The notes: a model not told the origin generated them from the sequence alone. Shown: positions 19,241 to 28,350, numbered from the stretch's first letter. The stretch is 64,000 nucleotides of DNA from Candidatus Scalinduaceae bacterium (GCA_046759445.1 JBHICG010000001.1:94467-158466), one strand, 5' to 3'. Made by a program: numbers and translations.

Positions 19241-20359
19241 TCATTTTTCAACTTCTGCCGCCTGTCTCAATGCTAAAAATGCTTCTTTTAAAGGTTGATT
19301 GACAGCGGAATTAGGTTCATCAAGCACTAATTTTTGATATTCCTCGATAAAAGCTGTTCTTTTTCTATGAAAAAAATGCAGAAAGTGTTTTATGAACCCT
19401 ATGCAGTCAAGTATTGCTATTTCAAACTTAGACAAATCATAAATAGATTTTGCATATTCACTAACTTCAAAATCAATTTCTTCGGTGGTTATGAAAATAT
19501 AGTTATCTATGTTTAACTTAGACTCAGCAATTTTTTTAATTGCAATCTCAATATCAGATTTGGTTATTCGCTTTTCTTTCATTTCATAGCTTGTAACAAT
19601 ATTATCATCATTGATTAAAGTTACTTCAACGTCACCATAAGCACCAGTTTGTTTGTCCGCCGCATTGTGTGCTTGTAAATCATTTATTTTTTCTCCAATC
19701 AAATCTGAAACACTGTTATATGCTGCGGCAACTATTAAAATAGGTAATCTGCTTGAATTTTTACAAGCCAAGTGTTGCTGCAATAAATTAACAATTTGCT
19801 CAGATGATAGAGCAATTGATTTGTCTGAGCCTTTTAAAGTTTCGATTAGCTGTTTAATCCGTTTAGCATTTTCTTCCCGTATTATGACGAGTATTCTAAT
19901 CGTTTCTTTAAATAGTTTTTCGGCTGATAAGTTACCTTTATGGACTTCATCAATCAACTCAAGAGCTGCTTTGTATAGCTCAGGTTGTCGGCCAACAAGC
20001 TCTGTTTTGGGTGTCATTGTTGAATTTCTATTTCTAAAAGCAGGAGTCAAGTATGCAGTTGTTGTATTGCAAGGAAGGTTATGTTTTTCTATTACCTTTT
20101 GTATATACTGCTCGTCATAAGTTCTTCCTGAGTAAGCATCTTTATCCCTTATTTCTGTATATGGCTTTCTGATATCAATCTTGGAGTTGTCTATTTTTGC
20201 AGCGCAGCAGGACAATAAAAACCTTATCGGCGCTTTAATTCTTATATTCCTACAGACAAACTCTATTTTCTTCTCTAAATGCTTGCTACCAACGAAAGTC
20301 CTTTTTGCATGTATTGCTCTTTGTACATATTCTTCCAGAGTATTCAATAAATTACTCAT
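19241..20359 (-). CDS. Putative type II restriction endonuclease (PD-(D/E)xK)
   Basis: Directly downstream of an MTase; GDVE...YEMK catalytic-like motif. Confidence 0.7.
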   Translation of the reverse strand: MSNLLNTLEEYVQRAIHAKRTFVGSKHLEKKIEFVCRNIRIKAPIRFLLSCCAAKIDNSKIDIRKPYTEIRDKDAYSGRTYDEQYIQKVIEKHNLPCNTTTAYLTPAFRNRNSTMTPKTELVGRQPELYKAALELIDEVHKGNLSAEKLFKETIRILVIIREENAKRIKQLIETLKGSDKSIALSSEQIVNLLQQHLACKNSSRLPILIVAAAYNSVSDLIGEKINDLQAHNAADKQTGAYGDVEVTLINDDNIVTSYEMKEKRITKSDIEIAIKKIAESKLNIDNYIFITTEEIDFEVSEYAKSIYDLSKFEIAILDCIGFIKHFLHFFHRKRTAFIEEYQKLVLDEPNSAVNQPLKEAFLALRQAAEVEK

Positions 20360-20361
20360 TT

Positions 20362-21258
20362 TTATAATAACCTGCCTATTGTTTCGACTTCATAATTTAC
20401 CCATAGCACTTCTTTTCTTTTATCTTTTGTTGAATGTATTGTCTTCTGTGGGCCAAAATGTTTTTTCCATTTTGGAGCCGGATATAATTTATCCATTAGT
20501 TCACATTCATAATTTGATATTGCAGCTTTTCCCTTGATATTGTTTAAGACCATTGACAACTGAACATGCTCGTCATTACTCATTTCAAAACCATATGCTT
20601 TATTGTCGCCTCTTGTATCGTGAACATATGGCGGATCGCAATAAAAAAGAGTTTCCTTACTATCATACAATTGTATTACTTCAATTGCCGGTCTATTTTC
20701 AATCTGAACTCTTAAAAGCCTTTCTGCAATAAAATCAAGCTTTTCAACTCCACCAATATAACGACTGATAACACCACTCATTCCAGAACGACTTGTATTT
20801 TTGCAATTTGCCCATCTTCCAATTGTTGCCGTTTGTGCTAATCCGGTTCTTACTTGCCTCGCTCTTATATAAAACCTTCTTGCACGTTCTAACTCATCCT
20901 GACTACTATCCAACTCGCAGGCTAGAGAAAATTCTTCTCTGGAAAACGGCGTTAACAAGATTTGTTCTAAAAGTTTCTCTTTTTGAGATCGTAAAACTCT
21001 AAAGAAATTAACAACTTCTCCGTCTAAATCATTATATGTTTCTACATTAGATGGATATCTGTTGAAAAGCACTGCACCTGAACCTGCAAATGGTTCACAG
21101 TAATGATTACAAGAGGGCAAAAGAGGTAATAACCAATCCAAATGAGAATATTTTCCCCCATACCACCCAAAAGCAATTACCTTTTTTCCATTTAATCTTG
21201 TTAATGGTGAGGGAGTCTTTTTTCCGTTTTTACAATTCTTTATCTGCATTTTAATCAT
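20362..21258 (-). CDS. D12-class (Dam-like) N6-adenine DNA methyltransferase
   Basis: WYGGK, EPFAGSGAV, DPPY. Confidence 0.93.
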   Translation of the reverse strand: MIKMQIKNCKNGKKTPSPLTRLNGKKVIAFGWYGGKYSHLDWLLPLLPSCNHYCEPFAGSGAVLFNRYPSNVETYNDLDGEVVNFFRVLRSQKEKLLEQILLTPFSREEFSLACELDSSQDELERARRFYIRARQVRTGLAQTATIGRWANCKNTSRSGMSGVISRYIGGVEKLDFIAERLLRVQIENRPAIEVIQLYDSKETLFYCDPPYVHDTRGDNKAYGFEMSNDEHVQLSMVLNNIKGKAAISNYECELMDKLYPAPKWKKHFGPQKTIHSTKDKRKEVLWVNYEVETIGRLL

Positions 21259-21337
21259 CCCCTATTCTTGTTTTTTTTGAAACCCAACTCATTTATTCTT
21301 TACCCTGCATTTGTTTTATTCTTATCCATATTTTCTT

Positions 21338-21485
21338 GGGCACACATCTTGACATTTGACATTATGAATTTGCGGCTTACTAAAAAAAGATTTTCCTTCC
21401 ATGATTTTTCAAATAATTTCTTTGATGTTTGACTTGTTTATCAATTTGTTGGTTTTCACTTTGTCAAATGTCAAGATACATCCCC
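21338..21485. mobile_element. MITE copy 2 (direct repeat of 18972-19118)
   Basis: Same internal sequence; right TIR TGTCAAATGTCAAGATACATCCCC. Confidence 0.8.
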
Positions 21486-21492
21486 TATCTCG

Positions 21493-21540
21493 TCCTAACA
21501 TTGAATTGAGCAGTTTATCTGCTCAAATGACTGGTTGTGC
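21493..21540 (-). other. Short attC site (48 bp)
   Basis: GCACAAC CAGTC ATTTGAGC AGATAAACT GCTCAAT TCAAT GTTAGGA; L'' carries one extra base. Confidence 0.75.
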
Positions 21541-21658
21541 ATCATGACATCTAATTTTGTACTCGTCATCGCAAACTTGTCTGTTTGTTTATACCCCATC
21601 GTCAGCAATTTCCTTCCAAAATACGGGCGCTACCCCTGGTTTTTCTTTGGTGTAAGTT

Positions 21659-23176
21659 TTAAATATCAACGTTGAATGGGAAAACTCCTACCTCTTCCTG
21701 TAGTAATCTTTGTGCCATAACAACGTCAGGGTCATCCCGATTTTGATCGTAAAAAAGCTGGTCAATCATAGAAGTCAATATAAAAATGTTATGTGCTTCT
21801 TGTGCGTCAATAAATTTAATTTTACTAAGTGTTACACTTCTTGAGAACGATTGTGCTATTTGTAGTCCTTGGTCGTTTTCAAAACCCCGATAAACCACCT
21901 CACCTCTAGATTCGAAGTTTTTCTCAATTAGCACGCCTCCCTTTATAAAGTCTTGACGAACCGGTGGATTAACATACTTTGAGCACGAATTATTATATTT
22001 ACTAGGGTCTATATATGTCTCTGGATTTTCTAAAAAAATATTGATCATATGTTTTTGAGCATCGCAAACATTTTTGATAAACTTTAAAAATATACTTTTA
22101 TCGAAAAGATTAGCCCAAGCTAAGTCGAGAGGGAAAACTTTTTCAATCATTTTTGGAAATTTATCGGCTTCACGTAGTCCATGCTTAAAAGCTTTGTTAA
22201 CTTTTGACAGATTAGTTATATCACTCCAATCGTCAAAGAGCTGAATAGACAAGCTTGAGCCATTTGGAGGTCCCGCTTTTAATAAGTAATTGTGTATAGC
22301 AGCAAATCTAAAAGTTGGACACGCTCGCCATTTATCATCTTCATATGATCCCATTAATGACCAAAATACGATAGCTGATGCCATTTCTAAAGGCATTAAT
22401 TTGTTATGACGGTGCCAAATATTTAGTAGCGCACGGTATAATATAATATAGGGTACATTCAGTTCCTTAAAAACAATGTCCTGAAATCTTTGGAGTGACT
22501 GCTTCCCTAAATCTGACCAAATCGTCTGCATTTGGCAAATTAGCCCGGACAATTCAAATATATGGCAAGGTTGATAGATGACAGATTCAGATTGTTTTGG
22601 TGGTCGAAAAGTAAAATTTCTCATCATCTGATAATAATGCATTGTGACCGCAATTAACCGATCAAAATGATTAAGTGTTTCATTTTTAGCCAGTTTTAGT
22701 AGTGAATTGTCAAGCGTGAAAAAAGGTAAAGTACAAGGTCGGTAATGTAAACCATTTTTAAGAGGCCTCAAATCGGAAAGGTGTTTGAGCATGCTTTGTC
22801 GTTTATGATAATCATAACGAGACCAAGAAGAAATTGGTACTGGAATACAATTAAAGGATTCATTGTTTTTCATATCTATCAAATGTCCAAGAGTCTGCAC
22901 ACCGTTAAAAAGTATCACCATGCGTAGCCTCCACAACATCTGACTATATGGTGCTATAAGAAAATCATGAAAGTGGCGTACTTCGTGAGAACAAACTGAA
23001 ACCATTGACAAAGCATCAAATGCCTGAACTGGCGACAAAGATAATATTTCATTCTCAGTGATTGATCCAGCTCGATCTAACCAATTGCAGCTGTTTTGAT
23101 CGGCTACACGGATCACAACGCCTACATATTTTGGATTAAAACCCCCGTAATCAGCTTGGATAGAATTGATTATCAT
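21659..23176 (-). CDS. Hypothetical protein with HExxH motif, possible zincin peptidase (cassette)
   Basis: SHEVRHFHD and a downstream Glu in HIFELSG; 4-bp ATGA overlap with the upstream gene. Confidence 0.6.
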   Translation of the reverse strand: MIINSIQADYGGFNPKYVGVVIRVADQNSCNWLDRAGSITENEILSLSPVQAFDALSMVSVCSHEVRHFHDFLIAPYSQMLWRLRMVILFNGVQTLGHLIDMKNNESFNCIPVPISSWSRYDYHKRQSMLKHLSDLRPLKNGLHYRPCTLPFFTLDNSLLKLAKNETLNHFDRLIAVTMHYYQMMRNFTFRPPKQSESVIYQPCHIFELSGLICQMQTIWSDLGKQSLQRFQDIVFKELNVPYIILYRALLNIWHRHNKLMPLEMASAIVFWSLMGSYEDDKWRACPTFRFAAIHNYLLKAGPPNGSSLSIQLFDDWSDITNLSKVNKAFKHGLREADKFPKMIEKVFPLDLAWANLFDKSIFLKFIKNVCDAQKHMINIFLENPETYIDPSKYNNSCSKYVNPPVRQDFIKGGVLIEKNFESRGEVVYRGFENDQGLQIAQSFSRSVTLSKIKFIDAQEAHNIFILTSMIDQLFYDQNRDDPDVVMAQRLLQEEVGVFPFNVDI

Positions 23177-23529
23177 TTCTCTTTTAATAACCCCGTAGCA
23201 TTTTGAAGTTTTAGTTGGATTTCCATTTCAGTCATACCCGCAGTTATTTCTTCAGATGCAACCATCGTTCTAATTACAATTTTTTGGTTTGGGTTGTTCT
23301 TCATCCAACGTTCTAAAAGTTTAGCGAATTCTTTGCTAATAAATATACCACCTTGAATGATTGCTATTACCGCTGCCACTTCAATTATACCAAATTGCAG
23401 GTAGGTTTGTTCCTTTTTGCTTGCAATATCTTCGATTACTATGTCATTGGCTTGAGCAAAAGTTCGAAATTGTTCAACAAAAGCAGGGTCACATAGAATC
23501 TCCGTACGTACACTCTTTGGATTAGTCAT
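23173..23529 (-). CDS. Small protein with a central hydrophobic helix, EACC1-like (cassette)
   Basis: GGAG RBS; FGIIEVAAVIAIIQGG...LLERWMK...KIVIR pattern. Confidence 0.55.
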   Translation of the reverse strand: MTNPKSVRTEILCDPAFVEQFRTFAQANDIVIEDIASKKEQTYLQFGIIEVAAVIAIIQGGIFISKEFAKLLERWMKNNPNQKIVIRTMVASEEITAGMTEMEIQLKLQNATGLLKEK

Positions 23530-23562
23530 AAGCTATCTCCTTTTTTTACTAAAGTGATTATA

Positions 23563-23798
23563 ACAAGTTATTATAAAGTTTTTGGATATCACCACTATTG
23601 TAATGATATCAAGAAAACCAAGTTACTACCTTATGGAAAAGCAGCGGGAAGGTTCATTTATTTACGTTTCTGCAAAAATAAACTTAATTCAAGATGATTT
23701 AATCTCATCACACAATGCGGCATAGTCTTTATACTGTTTGAATTGAACATGTTGGAATAGTAAAGCTACATATTATTGAAGTCAAGGGAAAAGAAATG
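23563..23798 (-). repeat. 236-bp cassette-array leader (promoter plus attI-like end), copy 1
   Basis: Four mismatches against 27812-28047; identity ends at ACTTGT, at the G/TT of the first cassette (GTTATAA). Confidence 0.85.
23757..23785 (-). promoter_or_regulatory. Sigma70-type promoter facing the cassettes (Pc-like)
   Basis: TTGACT-17 bp-TACTAT. Confidence 0.7.
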
Positions 23799-23835
23799 AA
23801 GGGGTCTCAATGGGTCATCTCAATCTCAACTCAAG

Positions 23836-23916
23836 GGGTCAAGTCTGCCGATAGCTAATCTAATAAAGACTGTATACGTAAAATAATATCAGTTAAGCCA
23901 TAAGCAGACTTGACCC
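23836..23916. mobile_element. 81-bp MITE with 13-bp perfect TIR GGGTCAAGTCTGC
   Basis: GGGTCAAGTCTGC...GCAGACTTGACCC; overlaps the 3' end of the GT gene. Confidence 0.7.
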
Positions 23917-25233
23917 TTTTCGTTTATCCAATTTCCTATAACATAGTAAATTCTGGCTATGATATAGAAGGTATTTTATGATCTCAAAAATCAACAACGC
24001 AGCAAGAATACAAAAGACTACTTCAGAAACATATCTGTATCTGGTCTTTCCCCAAAAAATTAACGCGTATCCTATCCAGTTCATCATCACGATTCCGTAT
24101 AGAAAGACCCACATTCTGAAGGTATATCGGCACAAGAATAAGAAGGACAAACTAGCAGCCAAAAACAAAGCAAAATAGGTTAGTGTCAATTTGTAAAACC
24201 AATAGGTACCTTTCAGTTCTTTTGATGGCCATGGTGTTCCTTGTTCTAATCTTGGTAAGCGAGTACTCCATGCTACGGAATAAGTATCCGAAGTAAAAAA
24301 TAATTTGTACGTTCCTTTTGCAATATCCTTGGCTATTCTTAATAGGCTAGCGTTGGTTAGATACTCAAGTCCAAGTTGGTAACCGAGTTCCTGCTGCTGA
24401 ACCTCATTCTTACCGTCGAAAACTGTTCCCTTTAGAGTATGCCAGCCATATCGATTCTCATTATGAGCATAATAGAAGTTTATGCCTCCTGTGGTAGACA
24501 ATCCTGACCCCGCACCAACCAAGTAATGGTTCCGGATATACCAAGGAGCAATGGTTACACCAAAAGCCAACAAAACTAGAAATACCGACAAATATCTGTG
24601 AGCGTTATGACTGAAATTGAAATATATCATCACTAAAAGTACTGGCAAAAAAAAGATGGCCTCGCCACGAGTCAAGGCTGCTGTTCCAAATAATACACCG
24701 GACAATACTAGTCTCACAGTCCGACGAGTAGATAAATTTACACGGTTGTCGCATAAAACCAAAAAAGCTGAAAAGAGGAAGATAACGTACAAATGCTCTG
24801 AAACAAGTACTGGTGATAAGAAAACAAACGTTGGATTAAAGGCACAGATCAAAGCAGCGAGTATTGAAAGTAGTTTTTCTGAAGTTAGATATAACACAAG
24901 CCTCCATACTATATAGATCAAGAATGTGGACAGAATCACATTGACAAAACTTAACCAAGCTATTGAATTACTTATCCACATTGTGATAGCAAGAAAGACT
25001 GGGTACCCGGGAAGTCGAAACGCGGACGGATTTGGAATTCCAAGCTGACCCTGCTTCAAGAGTCCTTCAGCCAAACGTAGATACTCCTCAGAGTCTGATA
25101 CTGGAACTGGTTCAGCATATGCCCACCATAGAACTCGTGCTGCAAATCCAAACAGAATAATAAGAATGATCCATATTGGACATTCCCGCAATGATAGAGG
25201 TATGAAACCAAGAGTGTTCTTTTTTTTCATCAT
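23893..25233 (-). CDS. GT-C (ArnT/PMT_2, GT39/83-like) membrane glycosyltransferase (cassette)
   Basis: VSDSEEY, RLPGYP, SE.L, TR.E, PW.IRN, RYR. Confidence 0.8.
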   Translation of the reverse strand: MMKKKNTLGFIPLSLRECPIWIILIILFGFAARVLWWAYAEPVPVSDSEEYLRLAEGLLKQGQLGIPNPSAFRLPGYPVFLAITMWISNSIAWLSFVNVILSTFLIYIVWRLVLYLTSEKLLSILAALICAFNPTFVFLSPVLVSEHLYVIFLFSAFLVLCDNRVNLSTRRTVRLVLSGVLFGTAALTRGEAIFFLPVLLVMIYFNFSHNAHRYLSVFLVLLAFGVTIAPWYIRNHYLVGAGSGLSTTGGINFYYAHNENRYGWHTLKGTVFDGKNEVQQQELGYQLGLEYLTNASLLRIAKDIAKGTYKLFFTSDTYSVAWSTRLPRLEQGTPWPSKELKGTYWFYKLTLTYFALFLAASLSFLFLCRYTFRMWVFLYGIVMMNWIGYALIFWGKTRYRYVSEVVFCILAALLIFEIIKYLLYHSQNLLCYRKLDKRKGSSLLMA

Positions 25234-25246
25234 GAATCCTTATAAA

Positions 25247-25373
25247 GGCTAACGTTTAAGCTAAGCTAACCCGCTTAGCAAATAGAACTATGAATAAGGA
25301 TAAAATAAACAAAGAATCTAAAACTTGAAAACCGCACATGATAAAAGGGGTTAGCTTAAGCGAATGGTTATGT
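25247..25373 (-). other. attC site (127 bp)
   Basis: ACATAAC CATTC GCTTAAGCTAACCC...GGGTTAGCTTAGC TTAAAC GTTAGCC. Confidence 0.9.
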
Positions 25374-25380
25374 AATTTTT

Positions 25381-25917
25381 CTAAGTCTTGTTAATTTGTT
25401 TGAGTGCTTTAGGTACTCTTATATGTTGTTTTATTAATGGTTTTGATTTGTAAATATTAACAAATGTTTGTCTCAAGTCTTTATTTATTTCCAAGTCGTT
25501 GACAAATAATTTGTGAGCTTTTTTCATATGGCGAAATAGAGGATACGGATTTATAATAACATGATCAAAGCCATTTGGTTTTTTCAGATGTATTTCTTGA
25601 GCCCATGTCTCTTTACTACAGAGAATGATAAATTTGTTTTCCATATTGAATGAATGAACTAACCCACACCTTATAATTTTGTAAAAAATCTCAGGTTCAT
25701 AACTTTCAGGGAAATAGTTTCCAACAAAAGTCATAATTTTCTTCTTATTACCACTTGTGCTTGGACTTGCTGCTGCATAATTTGCCAATGTATCTACAGC
25801 ACAGCATATTAATATTGTTGCGCCAACTCCCTGATGTAGTTTTAGACAACTTGCAATATTTGAGTACACATATGCAGGAAAGTGTTTATTAAATCTGGAA
25901 ACATAGGGATTACTCAT
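25381..25917 (-). CDS. Hypothetical protein with HEPN-like Rx4H motif (cassette)
   Basis: Helical protein with IRCGLVH and an N-terminal CAVDTLA. Confidence 0.6.
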   Translation of the reverse strand: MSNPYVSRFNKHFPAYVYSNIASCLKLHQGVGATILICCAVDTLANYAAASPSTSGNKKKIMTFVGNYFPESYEPEIFYKIIRCGLVHSFNMENKFIILCSKETWAQEIHLKKPNGFDHVIINPYPLFRHMKKAHKLFVNDLEINKDLRQTFVNIYKSKPLIKQHIRVPKALKQINKT

Positions 25918-25929
25918 ATTAATTTTTAA

Positions 25930-26037
25930 ACATAATGAAACGGATGAGCTACGGCGGAGATGAAAAAGATTTTATGAGTCAATAATAAGTCTAGGATCGC
26001 CTAAGTCTTCGTCGTTAGCTCAAGCCGATTGTTAGAT
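25930..26037 (-). other. attC site (108 bp) with R' box ATTATGT
   Basis: ATCTAAC AATCG GCTTGAGCTA...TAGCTCATC CGTTTC ATTATGT; FRG stop codon lies inside R''. Confidence 0.85.
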
Positions 26038-26952
26038 TTTTGTGTCATTTGGAGGTGGAAACCGCATATCTCTCAAATAATTTGTTTTTGAATTATAGTT
26101 GTATGAATTAATTACATCTTGTGCAACACCATCAGCATTCATATATAAAGCCCCTCCATTAATTCCCATAAGTTCTAATTTAGCAAAAACATCAGTTACA
26201 CAATCTTTTTTAATAAATACTTTATAAAGAGTAGCTTCCGCCTTCTCTATCTCTCCATTTGGGAGATGTGTATCTGGCTCCTTATGCTTCTCGATCAATT
26301 CGTCTAAATTTTCAGCATCTATATTGCTGTAGTTAAGTGTGTCATAAAGAAAAGCTCCATGTTGCCGATGCATGCGAGAGTTATATTTTCCTGGAAATGG
26401 AATGAATTGCATCCATGGACCTGGAAAACCATCTTTAAATAGGTCTCCTTTTGGATAAAGAAAATCTTTATATCGTTTCATGACTTCATCATATTTTTCT
26501 TTTGGATCTAGAAACAGTGTAGCCCACAACCATGCCAACTTGCTAAAATTTAAAGCATAAATAACAGAATATTCCTTTTCTTTTGACTTGTAGTTTCTCC
26601 TAACTCCATTGAAAGTGAAAAATAATGCGATATATGGGGAATAACTGAAATCTAAAACGGGTGTGGGGACACCATGATGGCGGGCATATTCAAGCCAATC
26701 AAGGCGATTGTCACTTTTAAAAGGCAGCATTCCGAGCTTCGTCAGACCAACACGAAATTTGTCGATCATTTCGTCAATATCTGAACTCCATGATTCATGG
26801 GGTATTTTCCTGTGACGATTTAAGGTTGTTGTTAGTTTATAATGTTCTTTCGTATGTCCTCTAAATACAAAGTCTCTCTTTACAAGAGCAAGATTATCTA
26901 AAAACTCAAAAGCACTATTCGCATTATCAAAATGGTGATTTTCAATGCTCAT
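26032..26952 (-). CDS. FRG-domain protein (cassette)
   Basis: FRGH, HHGVPTPVLDFSYSPYIALFF, RMHRQHGAF. Confidence 0.92.
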   Translation of the reverse strand: MSIENHHFDNANSAFEFLDNLALVKRDFVFRGHTKEHYKLTTTLNRHRKIPHESWSSDIDEMIDKFRVGLTKLGMLPFKSDNRLDWLEYARHHGVPTPVLDFSYSPYIALFFTFNGVRRNYKSKEKEYSVIYALNFSKLAWLWATLFLDPKEKYDEVMKRYKDFLYPKGDLFKDGFPGPWMQFIPFPGKYNSRMHRQHGAFLYDTLNYSNIDAENLDELIEKHKEPDTHLPNGEIEKAEATLYKVFIKKDCVTDVFAKLELMGINGGALYMNADGVAQDVINSYNYNSKTNYLRDMRFPPPNDTKI

Positions 26953-26968
26953 TCTTTTTCTCTTTAAA

Positions 26969-27026
26969 ATCTAACGGCCGAATTAAGCGGGCGTGTTAAC
27001 GCTCCGACTTGAATGATTTGTTATAA
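26969..27026 (-). other. attC site (58 bp)
   Basis: TTATAAC AAATC ATTCAAGT CGGAGCGTTAACACGCCCG CTTAATT CGGCC GTTAGAT. Confidence 0.93.
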
Positions 27027-27032
27027 GATAAA

Positions 27033-27800
27033 TCATTGAAGTGCAATAGAACTTAATTTTACAAGAATTTTCCAGCCAGTAATCACTAGCCTAGTTAGAA
27101 CTGAAGTGATTATTAAACTTAATACAATTTGTCCAAATAATCCCAATGGTTTCTTTTTAAATGACGTAATTGGCCAATACTTGTCTCGAAGTTTACCCAG
27201 CAATACTAAAATGTAAGTCCATAGGTTTGAGAAAATAAGAAAAAAACCGATGAACAAAACAAAAAAGGAGTATTTTACTTTGAGTGCTGGCGAGAGGAGA
27301 CTCGCTACTATTAAGCAGAAAGAAAAGCCAGCGATGACGCCGAAAAGTTGAATAAGCAATTCAGTAAAGGGATTCCGAGTTACACCATTGTGATTTTGGT
27401 ACTGTGCGAGTCTCGTCGAAAGTCTTTTGAAAACATTATCAACCCATTTTTCATCATCATCAGATACAGCAAGATAACATCTTGAGCTATCTGAAGCATC
27501 TAATAGTATTTGTATTCTTTTTCCTTTATTTTCTAAAAGGTTTTTAACAGAGGAAAAATCAAAGATAACACGCTCAATTTTTTTTCCAGTTTCGAAACAG
27601 CGTTTTATTTCGGAATAATCTTTCCTAACAATTCCCATCCCATCGTAACGCAGGGTGTATACATTCGATTTTAGTTTTTCATCTTCAGAAAATGAGCTAG
27701 TTTCGTTTACGATAGTCTGTAAATCCGAGTTTATTGCGTCAATATCACCTATGCCAATAGTTAAATAGGGCATGAAACTATCTTTTAAGTAATCACTCAT
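27033..27800 (-). CDS. Hypothetical membrane protein: soluble N-domain plus about 3 TM helices (cassette)
   Basis: 255-aa ORF between the leader and an attC. Confidence 0.7.
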   Translation of the reverse strand: MSDYLKDSFMPYLTIGIGDIDAINSDLQTIVNETSSFSEDEKLKSNVYTLRYDGMGIVRKDYSEIKRCFETGKKIERVIFDFSSVKNLLENKGKRIQILLDASDSSRCYLAVSDDDEKWVDNVFKRLSTRLAQYQNHNGVTRNPFTELLIQLFGVIAGFSFCLIVASLLSPALKVKYSFFVLFIGFFLIFSNLWTYILVLLGKLRDKYWPITSFKKKPLGLFGQIVLSLIITSVLTRLVITGWKILVKLSSIALQ

Positions 27801-27811
27801 TTATTTACCTT

Positions 27812-28047
27812 ACAAGTTATTATAAAGTTTCTGGATAACATCACTATTGTAATGATATCAAGAAAACCAGGTTACTACCTTATGGAAAAGCAGCGGGAAG
27901 GTTCATTTATTTACGTTTCTGCAAAAATAAACTTAATTCAAGATGATTTAATCTCATCACACAATGCGGCATAGTCTTTATACTGTTTGAATTGAACATG
28001 TTGGAATAGTAAAGCTACATATTATTGAAGTCAAGGGAAAAGAAATG
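27812..28047 (-). repeat. 236-bp cassette-array leader, copy 2
   Basis: Direct repeat of 23563-23798. Confidence 0.85.
28006..28034 (-). promoter_or_regulatory. Sigma70-type promoter (Pc-like), copy 2
   Basis: TTGACT-17 bp-TACTAT. Confidence 0.7.
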
Positions 28048-28350
28048 TGTAAGTGAGATATAGGGTGGGGTGCACCGCAAAGCGCTCAAAACCAGAAAAT
28101 TAATCAAAATTAAGGTAATGTCCTAATTTCAGTATCTTTCGTATTGCTTCCTAAATTTTTAGAGTCCTTACCCGATAAATATAAAAACAAGAAAAGATTT
28201 TTTTATTAACTGTAGTTTTTAATTGACTATTTTAAAAAAAATGATTTATAATATTTAAATTACCCTAAATTATGTTATCTGCCAACACAGTACAACTTTT
28301 CTTTAAAGAACAAGTGTTATCACAAGCTTCTAATAGGACTATAATTAGCG

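Larger units (their letters stand above)
17270..28047 (-). mobile_element. Integron-type gene cassette array with no integrase in the window (CALIN-like), about 8 cassettes
   Basis: Co-oriented ORFs separated by attC sites (RYYYAAC...GTTRRRY with paired L boxes); most cassette starts complement their own R'' box. Confidence 0.88.

Noticed and set aside
19035..19302. Short + strand ORFs
   Set aside because: They derive from the MITE and attC remnant sequence and have no coding features
17270..28047. CRISPR array or prophage as the explanation for the repeats
   Set aside because: No regularly spaced identical short repeats and no cas or phage structural genes; the repeats fit attC sites, MITEs and a duplicated leader
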